A stretch of 64,000 nucleotides of DNA from Flavobacteriales bacterium TMED84 (GTDB lineage Bacteria; Bacteroidota; Bacteroidia; Flavobacteriales; BACL11): NCBI GenBank assembly GCA_002172655.2, contig NHEL02000013.1:18572-82571 (forward strand). Direction: 5' to 3'. The notes under the pieces were generated by a model that was not told where the DNA came from, did no database searches, and saw nothing but the letters and a program-made list of their open reading frames with translations. Positions 9,698 through 19,043 of this stretch are shown here, piece after piece. Position 1 is the stretch's first letter. Each line of letters begins with the position of its first letter. The position numbers and the translations under genes are program-made.

Positions 9698-10886
9698 ATA
9701 TTTGTTAATTATATGCTTTCTGTTTTTTCTAAATAATGCAGCTAGTCAATGTAACGGGAGATACATAAATGAAATTTTCTCAAATGTTGCTGTATCTACA
9801 ACAAATTACTCTGACATTTTTTTTGATAGTGAGCATGAGATGGATGTGTACACGCCTGTTGGAGATATTGTGCAAAATAGACCACTTGTTCTTTATTTTC
9901 ATGGTGGGTCATTTACCGCAGGAGACAAATCAACGATTGACTGTGTTGATTTTTGTGAATATTTTTCAAAAAGAGGATATGTTACTGCATCAGTCAACTA
10001 TAGACTATCCAACATTTTAACTTTTTTCTTATCAACAAACGCTCAGATAGATGCAGTACTAAAATCTCTAGCTGATGCCAGAGCAGCAATAAGATTTTTC
10101 AAAGAGAGTTATATTAACGGCAATCCATATGGTATAGATACGAGTGCAATTTTTATTGGAGGTTACTCTGCTGGAGGAGTTATTGCTATTCACCATGCTT
10201 ACATAGACAATGAGCAAGAATTACCTCAAAATATATTATCCAGACTATCTTCAATTGGAGGCACTCTAGAAGGAGATGCAGGTAATTTTGGGTTCTCATC
10301 TAAAATCAATGGCGTAATTAACTTTGCAGGCGGCATACATGATTTAAGTTGGATCAACTCGAATGAGGAACCTATAGTTAGTGTTCATGGTGATTTAGAC
10401 CTTGTGGTTAATTACAACTGTAGTCCAGCTCTAAATAATCCTGCATTATTAAACTTATGTGGCTCAAATGAAATTCATATAAAGGCAAATAATCAATGCC
10501 TAAATAATCAATTGCTTGAACTTAATTTTACAAATCACGAATGGGCACAGTTTGGCACTGTGAATCCTAAATTTGTTCAAGGTCTTGAATTTTCAAGAGA
10601 TTTCGTTTACAATCTGCTGCCTTGCAACCAATCACTTAGTATTGATAATAATTTCACAGATCTGTTCGTTATAAGTTACGATGAAAATATGCAAGAACTT
10701 AAAATAAATAATAGTAGTTCTTTTAATGGTGAGCCAGCTTTTATATATGATATAAGCGGAAACTATGTTCAGAAGATAACTCTGTCTAAAAACTCAAATT
10801 CGAAAAATATTAAGTTAAATAAGCTTGCTTCTGGAATGTACATAATATCAATAGGTAGCAAAGGAGCTAAGTTTATAAAGTATTGA
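9684..10886 (+). CDS. Secreted alpha/beta hydrolase (esterase/lipase) with a T9SS type-A C-terminal sorting domain
   Basis: Signal peptide, oxyanion block (HGGSF) and nucleophile elbow (GGYSAGG). The C-terminal ~80 aa look like Por_Secre_tail (IYDISGNYVQKI...LASGMYIISIGSKGAKFIKY). Confidence 0.75.
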   Translation: MKKNKYLLIICFLFFLNNAASQCNGRYINEIFSNVAVSTTNYSDIFFDSEHEMDVYTPVGDIVQNRPLVLYFHGGSFTAGDKSTIDCVDFCEYFSKRGYVTASVNYRLSNILTFFLSTNAQIDAVLKSLADARAAIRFFKESYINGNPYGIDTSAIFIGGYSAGGVIAIHHAYIDNEQELPQNILSRLSSIGGTLEGDAGNFGFSSKINGVINFAGGIHDLSWINSNEEPIVSVHGDLDLVVNYNCSPALNNPALLNLCGSNEIHIKANNQCLNNQLLELNFTNHEWAQFGTVNPKFVQGLEFSRDFVYNLLPCNQSLSIDNNFTDLFVISYDENMQELKINNSSSFNGEPAFIYDISGNYVQKITLSKNSNSKNIKLNKLASGMYIISIGSKGAKFIKY

Positions 10887-11606
10887 TTTTGAGAGGAGAA
10901 ATTAAAAAAATTAGATTAAATAAATTCATTTCTAATTCTGGCATTTGTTCAAGAAGAGAGGCTGATAAATTTATTTCTTTGGGCTTAGTTAAAGTGAATG
11001 ACAAAATCATAACTTCAATGGGCTATAAAGTAGATATTAATGATATTGTAAAATTTAATGATTCCGTAATTAAAGCCGAAAAGCATAAATATCTGTTGCT
11101 AAATAAGCCCAAAAACTTTATCACAACAATGAAAGATCCTCAAAAAAGAAATACAGTTTTAGATTTAATTAGTGGTGCTTGCAGAGAGAGGTTGTATCCT
11201 GTCGGAAGGCTTGACAGAAATACAACTGGGGTCCTAATGTTTACAAATGATGGTGATTTGTCAAAAAAACTTTGCCATCCTAGCAACAGAATAAGTAAAA
11301 TCTATCGAGTTGAATTAAATAAAAATTTGAAATCAAGTGATTTTGAAAAAATTAGAAAGAATCTTATTTTAGAAGATGGCCCTGTTAAAGTCGACAAAAT
11401 ATCTTTTCTAGAAACAAAAAAAAAATATAGGAATTGAAATTCATATTGGAAAGAATAGAATCGTAAGAAGAATATTCGAGCATCTAGGGTACACAGTAAC
11501 TAAATTAGATAGGACTTCTTTTGCCGGTATAACAAAAAAAAATACTATCAGGGGTAAGTATCGATTCTTGACTGAAAAAGAAGTGAATATTCTCAAAAGA
11601 TTGTAA
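10883..11606 (+). CDS. rluB: RsuA/RluB-family 23S rRNA pseudouridine synthase, frameshifted as assembled (one extra A in the A10 run at 11416-11425)
   Basis: The ORF 10883..11437 carries an S4 domain (IRLNKFISNSGICSRREADKFI) and the catalytic block (PVGRLDRNTTGVLMFTNDG). The conserved C-terminus (GIEIHIGKNRIVRRIFEHLGYTVTKLDRTSFAGITKK...LTEKEV) continues in the +1 frame from 11430 to the TAA at 11604-11606. Confidence 0.85.
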
Positions 11607-14075
11607 ATGGGAGTAGTTAAAAAAATATTCTTACTATTATCTACATTATTTTTTCTTTTTGTAGCAGTAATATTTTTTTTTACTAAATACAAATCCGATT
11701 TCATAAAAGAAAGTATCACTAATAGTATTAATGAGGTTATCTCAGCGGACTGCTCTTTTGAAGAAATTGATTTATATGCTTTTAAAAATTTAACAAATAT
11801 TTCAATTTCGATAAAAAATATTTGTGTTAAAGAAGAATCTAATTTTGAAAACGACACCTTGTTTTTTGCAAAAGAGTGCCACTTTTATTTACCATTAATC
11901 AAGCTTTTGACTAATAATATCTATTTCTCAACCATTGAAGTAAATGCTGGCATTATTAACCTTTACAAATCTGACCAACATACAAACTTTAATATATTCA
12001 ATAGTACTAGCTCCGATGTTGAAGTAAACAAAAAAATCTTTAACAGAATTAAAATTTTTAATTCTGATTTCAAATACTCTGAATTACAAAAAAACAATAA
12101 AATTTTCTTCAATATCAAAGATCTTGATATTACAAGCAAAGCAAGCAATAATTTTTATTTAAATGGTAATTTGTATTGTGATGATTTAATTTTTAGTAAA
12201 AATCACTTGGATAATAAACAGCTCTATTTGAATGGAAATGTTAACATTAAAAAAAATCAAATTGATTATAAATTTGATGAGCTTAAAATTGATGATTTAG
12301 AATCTGAATCAGTCTCTGGAAATATAAATGATTGGAGGTCGTTTAAAATTGAATTTAATTTTAAGAGCCAAAAAATTATTAATGTTAGAAAGAATTGCCC
12401 TGAGTATCTTGATTACTTATTTGAGAGTATAAGCTTGAACTCTTTAATATCTTTTAATGGTAACATCATAAAAGAAGATGAATCTTTTAAAAACCCAAAA
12501 GTTAATATTAAATATTTTGTAGAGGACGGTAGTTTAAAATTTGGTAAATTAAATCTCCAAAGCATAAAGTTTAACGGAAAAGTTTCGAATGGTGAATATG
12601 CTAATTTAAGTTCAACAAAGTTTACTTTTGATAATTTCTTTGCCAAAACAAAATGCAGCGAGTTTAATGGTGATTTTTTCATAGAAAATCTACAGGATTT
12701 TTTTATGAATCTTGATATGAGAACAAAAATTGGAGGCAGTGATTTGGAAATGTTACTTGAAAAAGATAACGTAGAAAGTATTACTGGTAATTTATTTTTA
12801 GCTTGTAATTATTCTGGAAAATTTTCATTCAACAATGAGTTTAAAAATAAATTTTTAGCATCAAAATATAACTTCAAAGTAGATGCTGAAAACTTTTCTT
12901 ATAAATTAAATAATTTCAAAAACACATTTGATCTTGAGTTTTTAGATGCTAATTTAAATCATAAAAAATTTGATGTTTATAAAAGTTATATTACAAGCGG
13001 AGAATCAGACTTTGAATTCAATGGTAAGATTTTAAATATACCAGAGTACATTTTGGGTAAGAAAACAAATTTTTTTCTTCAAGGATCTACAAATTCCACA
13101 TATGTTAACTTAGATGATTTATTTAAAAAAAATAAAACTATTGAATTAAACGATATTGAATTTGTCATACCTAAATGGGTTAATCTTCAAATAAACATGA
13201 CAAGTAAAAACTTTACATACAATAGTTTTGACGCATTAAATTTAACAACAGACTTTTTAATTGACAACCAAGTTTTGAATTTAAAAAATACAAAAGCCTC
13301 TGCATTAAATGGTCAGTTTGAAGGAGATATGCAGCTATACAAAACTATAGAGGATGAATTGAAGCTATCCACAAATTTTAACTTCAGTTCAATAAATATT
13401 AGACAAGCATTTAATTCTTTTAATAACTTCAATCAAAGCTTCATAGAATCAAAACATATTAAAGGAATTGGAACTGCAAATGTTAATTTATCAGCTGTTT
13501 GGGATGATAGAATGAAGTTCATAAAAGAAAGATTAACAATGAATTCTAATCTGACTATAGAAAGGGGAGAATTAATTAACTTTAAACCATTAAGAAATTT
13601 ATCTAATTTCGTTAATGTTGAGGACTTAAAAGATGTTAAATTTTCCAAGCTTGATAATAAGATAGAAATTAAAGATAATCTTATAACAATACCTGAAATG
13701 CAAATTATATCATCAGCTTTAAGTTTAATTGTTTCAGGCACTCACTCTTTAAACAATGAGATCAACTATGATATTACTCTTCTTCTTTCCGAGCTCATGT
13801 CAAACGAATTTAGAAAAAAGAATACTAAAATAAATAAAGAAATTGGTGAGATTAAATCAAACAATGAAGGTCTCAGTGCAATTTATCTTAAAATGATAGG
13901 AACTACTGATGACACAAAAATTGAATTCGATAACATAAAATTTAGAGCAAAAATCAATAACAAAATTGAAAAAGAAAAAAAAATTATTAATGAGATTATA
14001 AAAAATATTAATGATACTGTAGATGAAAAAAAAGATATTGCTCCAGAAATAGAATGGGAGGATGACAGTATATAA
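11607..14075 (+). CDS. AsmA-family-like large membrane-anchored protein
   Basis: 822 aa with an N-terminal TM anchor. It is Asn/Lys-rich and repetitive, likely beta-rich. The C-terminal region resembles an AsmA_2 C-terminus (IERGELINFKPL...LSLIVSGTHSLNNEINYDITL). Confidence 0.55.
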   Translation: MGVVKKIFLLLSTLFFLFVAVIFFFTKYKSDFIKESITNSINEVISADCSFEEIDLYAFKNLTNISISIKNICVKEESNFENDTLFFAKECHFYLPLIKLLTNNIYFSTIEVNAGIINLYKSDQHTNFNIFNSTSSDVEVNKKIFNRIKIFNSDFKYSELQKNNKIFFNIKDLDITSKASNNFYLNGNLYCDDLIFSKNHLDNKQLYLNGNVNIKKNQIDYKFDELKIDDLESESVSGNINDWRSFKIEFNFKSQKIINVRKNCPEYLDYLFESISLNSLISFNGNIIKEDESFKNPKVNIKYFVEDGSLKFGKLNLQSIKFNGKVSNGEYANLSSTKFTFDNFFAKTKCSEFNGDFFIENLQDFFMNLDMRTKIGGSDLEMLLEKDNVESITGNLFLACNYSGKFSFNNEFKNKFLASKYNFKVDAENFSYKLNNFKNTFDLEFLDANLNHKKFDVYKSYITSGESDFEFNGKILNIPEYILGKKTNFFLQGSTNSTYVNLDDLFKKNKTIELNDIEFVIPKWVNLQINMTSKNFTYNSFDALNLTTDFLIDNQVLNLKNTKASALNGQFEGDMQLYKTIEDELKLSTNFNFSSINIRQAFNSFNNFNQSFIESKHIKGIGTANVNLSAVWDDRMKFIKERLTMNSNLTIERGELINFKPLRNLSNFVNVEDLKDVKFSKLDNKIEIKDNLITIPEMQIISSALSLIVSGTHSLNNEINYDITLLLSELMSNEFRKKNTKINKEIGEIKSNNEGLSAIYLKMIGTTDDTKIEFDNIKFRAKINNKIEKEKKIINEIIKNINDTVDEKKDIAPEIEWEDDSI

Positions 14076-15258
14076 TAAAGAGCAAAAATGGAAAAAATGG
14101 CTGCTATTATTTGCCATATTAATAGCTGCATTTTCAATTATCTTTACAAATAACTTAGTAAAAGAACTGAAAAAGGAAGAGAGAAAGAAGATAGAGTTAT
14201 GGGCTCAGGCAACCAAAAATTTAGTTAATATATCATCTGATGGGGACTTTTCACTAGCAATTAATGTAATCACGGAGAATAAGAAAATACCTTTAATTTT
14301 AGTTGATGAATGTGACAGTATTTTAGAGTACAGAAATTTAATAACATACAGTAAATTAGATAGTTTATTAACTTTTAGAGTTAAATTGTTCAAAGAAAAA
14401 AAAATCACAAATAATTTTTTAAAGCAAGAACTTAAATTAATGAAAGAGGAAAATAGCACTCCAATAGAGGTAAATTTTATTGGAGATAAACAATTTATAT
14501 ACTATAAAGATTCTAATATTTTGAGCATGCTTCGTTACTATCCATTTTATCAATTAGGCTTTATATTAATTTTCTTTATTATAGCATATATTATTTTTAG
14601 CTCTGCTAAAAAATCTGAACAGAATAAAGTATGGGCTGGTATGGCAAAAGAAACTGCTCATCAACTAGCTACACCATTATCATCACTAATTGCTTGGAGT
14701 GAATTATTAAAGGATAGTGAGATTAATACTGAAACACTAAACGAGATTAATAAGGATTTACGAAGACTTGAGACAATTACTGATAGATTTTCAAAAATTG
14801 GATCTGTTCCTGCACTAAAAAATTATCAGATTAATGAACTATTAGGAAATTTTTTAGAATACTTGGAAAAAAGACTGCCTCAAAAAATTGAAATAATTAA
14901 AAAATTTCCTGAAGATTCCATATTTGTGAGTGCCAATAAAACATTGTTTGAATGGGCTATCGAGAATTTATGTAAAAATGCAACAGATGCTATGAAAGGT
15001 AATGGTAAAATAGAGTTTGATGTTACTAGCAATGATTATGAAGTTAATATCTTTATAAAAGATTATGGACAGGGTATTGCTAAAAATAAAATTAATCAAA
15101 TATTTTTGCCGGGTTATACTAGTAAGAAAAGTGGCTGGGGATTAGGACTATCTTTGACAAAACGAATAGTTGAAGAGTATCATAATGGGAAAATTTTTGT
15201 GTCAAGTTCTGAAGAAAATTATGGAACTACTTTTTGTATAAAACTTAAAAAAGTATAG
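14062..15258 (+). CDS. Sensor histidine kinase
   Basis: 398 aa with two TM segments, an H-box (ETAHQLATPLSSLIAWSELL) and N/G boxes of HATPase_c (NLCKNATDAM, DYGQGI, GWGLGLSL). No response regulator is adjacent. Confidence 0.85.
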   Translation: MTVYNKEQKWKKWLLLFAILIAAFSIIFTNNLVKELKKEERKKIELWAQATKNLVNISSDGDFSLAINVITENKKIPLILVDECDSILEYRNLITYSKLDSLLTFRVKLFKEKKITNNFLKQELKLMKEENSTPIEVNFIGDKQFIYYKDSNILSMLRYYPFYQLGFILIFFIIAYIIFSSAKKSEQNKVWAGMAKETAHQLATPLSSLIAWSELLKDSEINTETLNEINKDLRRLETITDRFSKIGSVPALKNYQINELLGNFLEYLEKRLPQKIEIIKKFPEDSIFVSANKTLFEWAIENLCKNATDAMKGNGKIEFDVTSNDYEVNIFIKDYGQGIAKNKINQIFLPGYTSKKSGWGLGLSLTKRIVEEYHNGKIFVSSSEENYGTTFCIKLKKV

Positions 15259-15262
15259 TTAC

Positions 15263-15646
15263 TCAGCTTTGTTTAACAAACTTTATACTTAAGGAGTTAA
15301 CACAATGTCGAGTGTTTTTCTTCGTAAATCTCTCACCTTCAAAAACATGACCTAAATGCCCACCACAGTTAGAGCAACAAATCTCAGTTCTTACTCTACC
15401 TCCTGAATAGTCAGGAAATCTTGAGATTGCACCTTCTATTTCATCATCGAAGGAAGGCCAACCACATCCTGAATCAAACTTGTTACTTGATTTGTAAAGA
15501 GGTGTTTCACAGGCTTTGCAAACAAAAATTCCTTGAAGGTAAAAGTTATTGTATTTTCCTGAGAATGGCTTTTCAGTACCTTTATTTACTATTATTTCAT
15601 GTTCTTCCTTTGTTAAAGTTGAGAAATAATTTTTATTTTGTTTCAT
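15263..15646 (-). CDS. msrB: Peptide-methionine (R)-S-oxide reductase
   Basis: 127 aa with two CxxC zinc pairs (CKAC, CSNCG), CGWPSF and the catalytic RHCVNS. Confidence 0.92.
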   Translation of the reverse strand: MKQNKNYFSTLTKEEHEIIVNKGTEKPFSGKYNNFYLQGIFVCKACETPLYKSSNKFDSGCGWPSFDDEIEGAISRFPDYSGGRVRTEICCSNCGGHLGHVFEGERFTKKNTRHCVNSLSIKFVKQS

Positions 15647-15682
15647 ATCACAAATTTAAGGATGATTTTTTAATCTATTTCA

Positions 15683-16802
15683 GTGAGCAGCATTTATATA
15701 CATATTCCCTTCTGCAAACAAAGGTGCATATACTGTGACTTTCACTTTGTAATTTCTAAAAAAAAAGAAGAAGAATTAATAAACTCGATTATTAAAGAAA
15801 TTCGAACAAGAAAAGATTATTTAAAAGATAAAAAATTAAGCTCTATTTACTTTGGAGGTGGAACTCCATCAATTATCTCCACTCACTTGATAAAGAAAAT
15901 ATTAAAAAACATAAGTGAAGTATTTATTATTACTGACAATACTGAAATTACAATTGAAACTAACCCCGATGATATTAATAAAAAAAAAATTAGATGATTA
16001 TTTTAATATGGGTATTAACAGATTAAGTATTGGCATTCAATCTTTTGATGATGAAATATTAAAATCATTAAATAGATCCCATAACTCAATGCAAGCAAAG
16101 AATTCTGTTGAGATTGCAATTAATTCTCGAATCAAAAATATCTCTGTTGACATTATGTTTAATTTGCCCAATCAAGGCTTAAAAAAACTGGATGAGTCTT
16201 TAAATATCTGTTTTGGTTATGATATTAATCATTTATCTATTTATGGTCTTACTATCGAACCCAATACAGTTTTACACAAAAGAATTTTACAAAATGAAAT
16301 TAGTAAACCATCTGATGAGATATTTATAAACCAATATAACCATATAGCTGATTTAAGTGAAAAAAAAGGATTCGTTAATTACGAAATATCAAATTTTTGC
16401 AAAAAAAATTATGAGTCTAATCATAATAAAAACTACTGGTTTGGCAGCGAATATTTAGGCGTTGGTCCTTCTGCTCACTCATTTAACGGATTATCAAGAA
16501 GGTGGAATGTAAAAAATAATTTTCTTTATATGAAATACTTGAAAACTAACACAAAATATTATGAAAGTGAAACTTTAAGTAAGAAAGATATTTATAATGA
16601 ATATATAATTAGAAGACTGCGCACCGACAAAGGAATTAATATTAAAGATATTAAGCAAAAATCTCATAAAGTTTTCTTTCTAAGAAATATTCAATCTTGG
16701 CAAAAAGATGGATATATATCAAATAAAAAAAATAATTATTTTTTAGAGAGAAAAGGGAAGATTATCTGTGACAAAATAACAGAAAGTCTTTTTTTAATTT
16801 AA
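15683..16802 (+). CDS. hemW: Radical SAM family heme chaperone HemW (HemN-like), frameshifted as assembled (one extra A in the A10 run at 15980-15989)
   Basis: The N-terminal ORF (GTG 15683..15997) has the radical SAM CxxxCxxC (IPFCKQRCIYCDF). The +1 frame continues the conserved core (LDDYFNMGINRLSIGIQSFDD...) to 16802. Confidence 0.85.
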
Positions 16803-17888
16803 AATACTAAGAAAAAAAGTTTCATAATCATCAATAATTTTTTCCCAAGTAAACTTCTCTTTTATAATTTTGAGATTTTTACTAACATGTTTCTTTTTTT
16901 CTGAAATAATTTTACTGTCTAACAAAAGTTCTTTTAATTCATCGGAGTTTGAAAAAGCTAGCTCATTATTTGTTAAAACAGATAGGTTAAATTTATTTCT
17001 ATGTATAAGAACTAATGCGCTAGCAGACATAGCTTCAATTAGCGATGGATTTGTGCCTCCAACCGAGTGACCATGAATATACAATTTTGAATAATATCTT
17101 AGATTATCTAAAATCTTTTTGTCATAAATTGTTCCAAAGAAATAAATATTTTCATTTTTAAATTTGTCCTTTAAGTAATCACCAAATTTTGTTAGATGGT
17201 TTCCTATTAAAATCAACGGAATATTTAATTTAGCTTTTACATAGGATTTAAAAATCATTTCATAATTGTTTTCAGGTTCAATTCTTCCAACACATAATAT
17301 GAATTTTCCAGCTTTTAAATTATAATCATTTAATATTTTGGAATCTGGAGTATCTAATATATCAGCTCCATAAGCAATATATTTTGCACTTATATCATAT
17401 GTTTTTTTTAAATAATCTACAATTCCTAAGTTGTCAGCAATTAGATAATCAGAAAACCGTACACCTAATTTTTCCATATTTCTTGTTATGAATCTAATTA
17501 TAAAGTTCCATTTTTTTCTTCTCCATTCTATTCCGTCAATGTTAGTAACAATAATTTTTCCTCTGTGTCTCACAAAAATTATAGACGGAGAGGATGTTAT
17601 TAGTCCGAGCTCTAGAATAATATCATAATCAGATTTTACAGCATCTTTAAAACATAAATAATCAAATACAAAATTTGATGCAGAATTACCAATTAATTTA
17701 TTTGGTGAGTATATCTTTTTTATTGTAACACCATCAAATACTCTCTTATTGTAGCTATGAAAAGAAGGATTATAAACAGTCACTTCATATCCTTTTTTTT
17801 GTAACCCTGCAGCTAAAACCTCTGCACACTGCTCAAATCCTCCGTAATTATTTGGTATTCCTCTTGTTCCTAGAATTGCTAATTTCAT
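16794..17888 (-). CDS. Glycosyltransferase (GT4-like, DUF1972-type N-terminus)
   Basis: 364 aa with N-terminal KLAILGTRGIPNNYGGFEQ and a C-terminal GT-B block (HGHSVGGTNPSLIEAM). Confidence 0.75.
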   Translation of the reverse strand: MKLAILGTRGIPNNYGGFEQCAEVLAAGLQKKGYEVTVYNPSFHSYNKRVFDGVTIKKIYSPNKLIGNSASNFVFDYLCFKDAVKSDYDIILELGLITSSPSIIFVRHRGKIIVTNIDGIEWRRKKWNFIIRFITRNMEKLGVRFSDYLIADNLGIVDYLKKTYDISAKYIAYGADILDTPDSKILNDYNLKAGKFILCVGRIEPENNYEMIFKSYVKAKLNIPLILIGNHLTKFGDYLKDKFKNENIYFFGTIYDKKILDNLRYYSKLYIHGHSVGGTNPSLIEAMSASALVLIHRNKFNLSVLTNNELAFSNSDELKELLLDSKIISEKKKHVSKNLKIIKEKFTWEKIIDDYETFFLSILN

Positions 17889-18057
17889 AACTAATTTTTT
17901 GAATAGTTTTTTGACCTAAAAGTTATTCAACAATTTTATGTTAACAAAAATTGCCAACTTGATCCCTTTGACATGTAAATCAACCTAAATTTGGGGCAAG
18001 TCGTAATACTTGTTTTGGGTTGTACAACTCTTTCCCTATTTAAAGTACAACAATTAA

Positions 18058-18087
18058 AAGCCTCAAAAAATTTGAGGCTTTTTTTTT
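18058..18087. terminator. Rho-independent terminator, bidirectional-looking, downstream of the PorP/SprF gene
   Basis: The stem aagcctcaaa / tttgaggctt has a 3-nt loop. A T9 tail follows on the + strand and TTTT on the minus strand. Confidence 0.6.
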
Positions 18088-18096
18088 ATTATATAT

Positions 18097-19038
18097 TTAG
18101 TCAATAAGTTGTTGCTCTTTTACAGGAACGAAATTGATTCCTACCATAAACTCATGAGAGGAGGAGGAATAATCATTTATGTCAGCATTTACAATATCAT
18201 AAGAATAACCCACAATAAATCTCTCACCAATATTATAACCAAATAAAGCGGCCATATCTCCATTGCTTCTGTAATTTATTCCTGCCCATAACCTATCGTT
18301 ATATTCTGTTTTTAATCCAATATCAAACTGAGTTGGAGTAGGATCCATATATTTAACAAGAACACTTGGCTCTACACTCCAAAAGTCATTGATTGTATGT
18401 TGATATGCTCCTAATATGTAAACATGTGGACTTAAACTACCTGTCATTTCAGTATTAAAATCTCTTGCAAAATCAGTGTCTAATAATTCTAAATTAGAAC
18501 TTACTAGTTGAGGAATAGAACCCCCTAAGTACCAATTTTTTCCATAGAAATTAAATCCAAATGTTGCATCAGGAATTGCATCAACAATTACATCACCTTG
18601 AGTAACTGGATCATCAGGGTGTTGAACATTCCAACCTATTTTGTCAATTTTAAATTGGGTAAATCCACCTGATAAAGACAATGCTAGCATTGTCTTTTTA
18701 CTCAAATTAAAATGATATGTATAAGACATATTAGCTCCTATTCTACTTGTCGGGCCAACTTGATCATTAAATACAACTCCACCTAAACCTACATTATCTC
18801 CTCTTCTTCCATAAACACTTAATATATTTGTTGTTGGTGCATCTTCAATACCTACCCACTGATTTCTAATTGTAGTTCTAATTTGGTAATAGTCTTGCAT
18901 ACCTGCAACAGCTGGGTTAATAGCATAATTGTTCATCATATACTGTGTCAACTGTGGCAATTGCTGTCCCTTTCCATAAATTGGTAATATTGCAATTAAA
19001 AATAATAGGTATAAACTTTTCTTAAATGTCATAATCAA
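18097..19038 (-). CDS. PorP/SprF family type IX secretion system membrane protein
   Basis: 313 aa with a signal peptide then the family-typical N-terminus (QLPQLTQYMMNNYAINPAVAG). It is beta-barrel-like and starts 5 nt downstream of the type-B CTD cargo gene. Confidence 0.85.
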   Translation of the reverse strand: MIMTFKKSLYLLFLIAILPIYGKGQQLPQLTQYMMNNYAINPAVAGMQDYYQIRTTIRNQWVGIEDAPTTNILSVYGRRGDNVGLGGVVFNDQVGPTSRIGANMSYTYHFNLSKKTMLALSLSGGFTQFKIDKIGWNVQHPDDPVTQGDVIVDAIPDATFGFNFYGKNWYLGGSIPQLVSSNLELLDTDFARDFNTEMTGSLSPHVYILGAYQHTINDFWSVEPSVLVKYMDPTPTQFDIGLKTEYNDRLWAGINYRSNGDMAALFGYNIGERFIVGYSYDIVNADINDYSSSSHEFMVGINFVPVKEQQLID

Positions 19039-19043
19039 TTTTT

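Noticed and set aside
11441-11857. 138-aa minus-strand ORF spanning the rluB 3' end and the AsmA-like gene start.
   Set aside because: It is antisense to the conserved RluB C-terminal module and to the N-terminus of the next gene, and its sequence is low-complexity. The + strand reading explains the region completely once the A10 frameshift is recognised.
15421-15738. 105-aa + strand ORF across msrB, and similar antisense ORFs (1092..1307, 2418..2654, 4442..4684, 7212..7496, 7801..8085, 31758..32111, 41925..42308 and others).
   Set aside because: All lie inside, or antisense to, confidently identified conserved genes and show no motifs. They are typical chance ORFs in AT-rich sequence.
17889-18096. 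A tRNA or other known structured RNA gene in the GT/PorP spacer.
   Set aside because: I could not fold a cloverleaf, and there is no T-loop GTTCRANYC or acceptor pairing. The region is kept only as a low-confidence sRNA/terminator observation.
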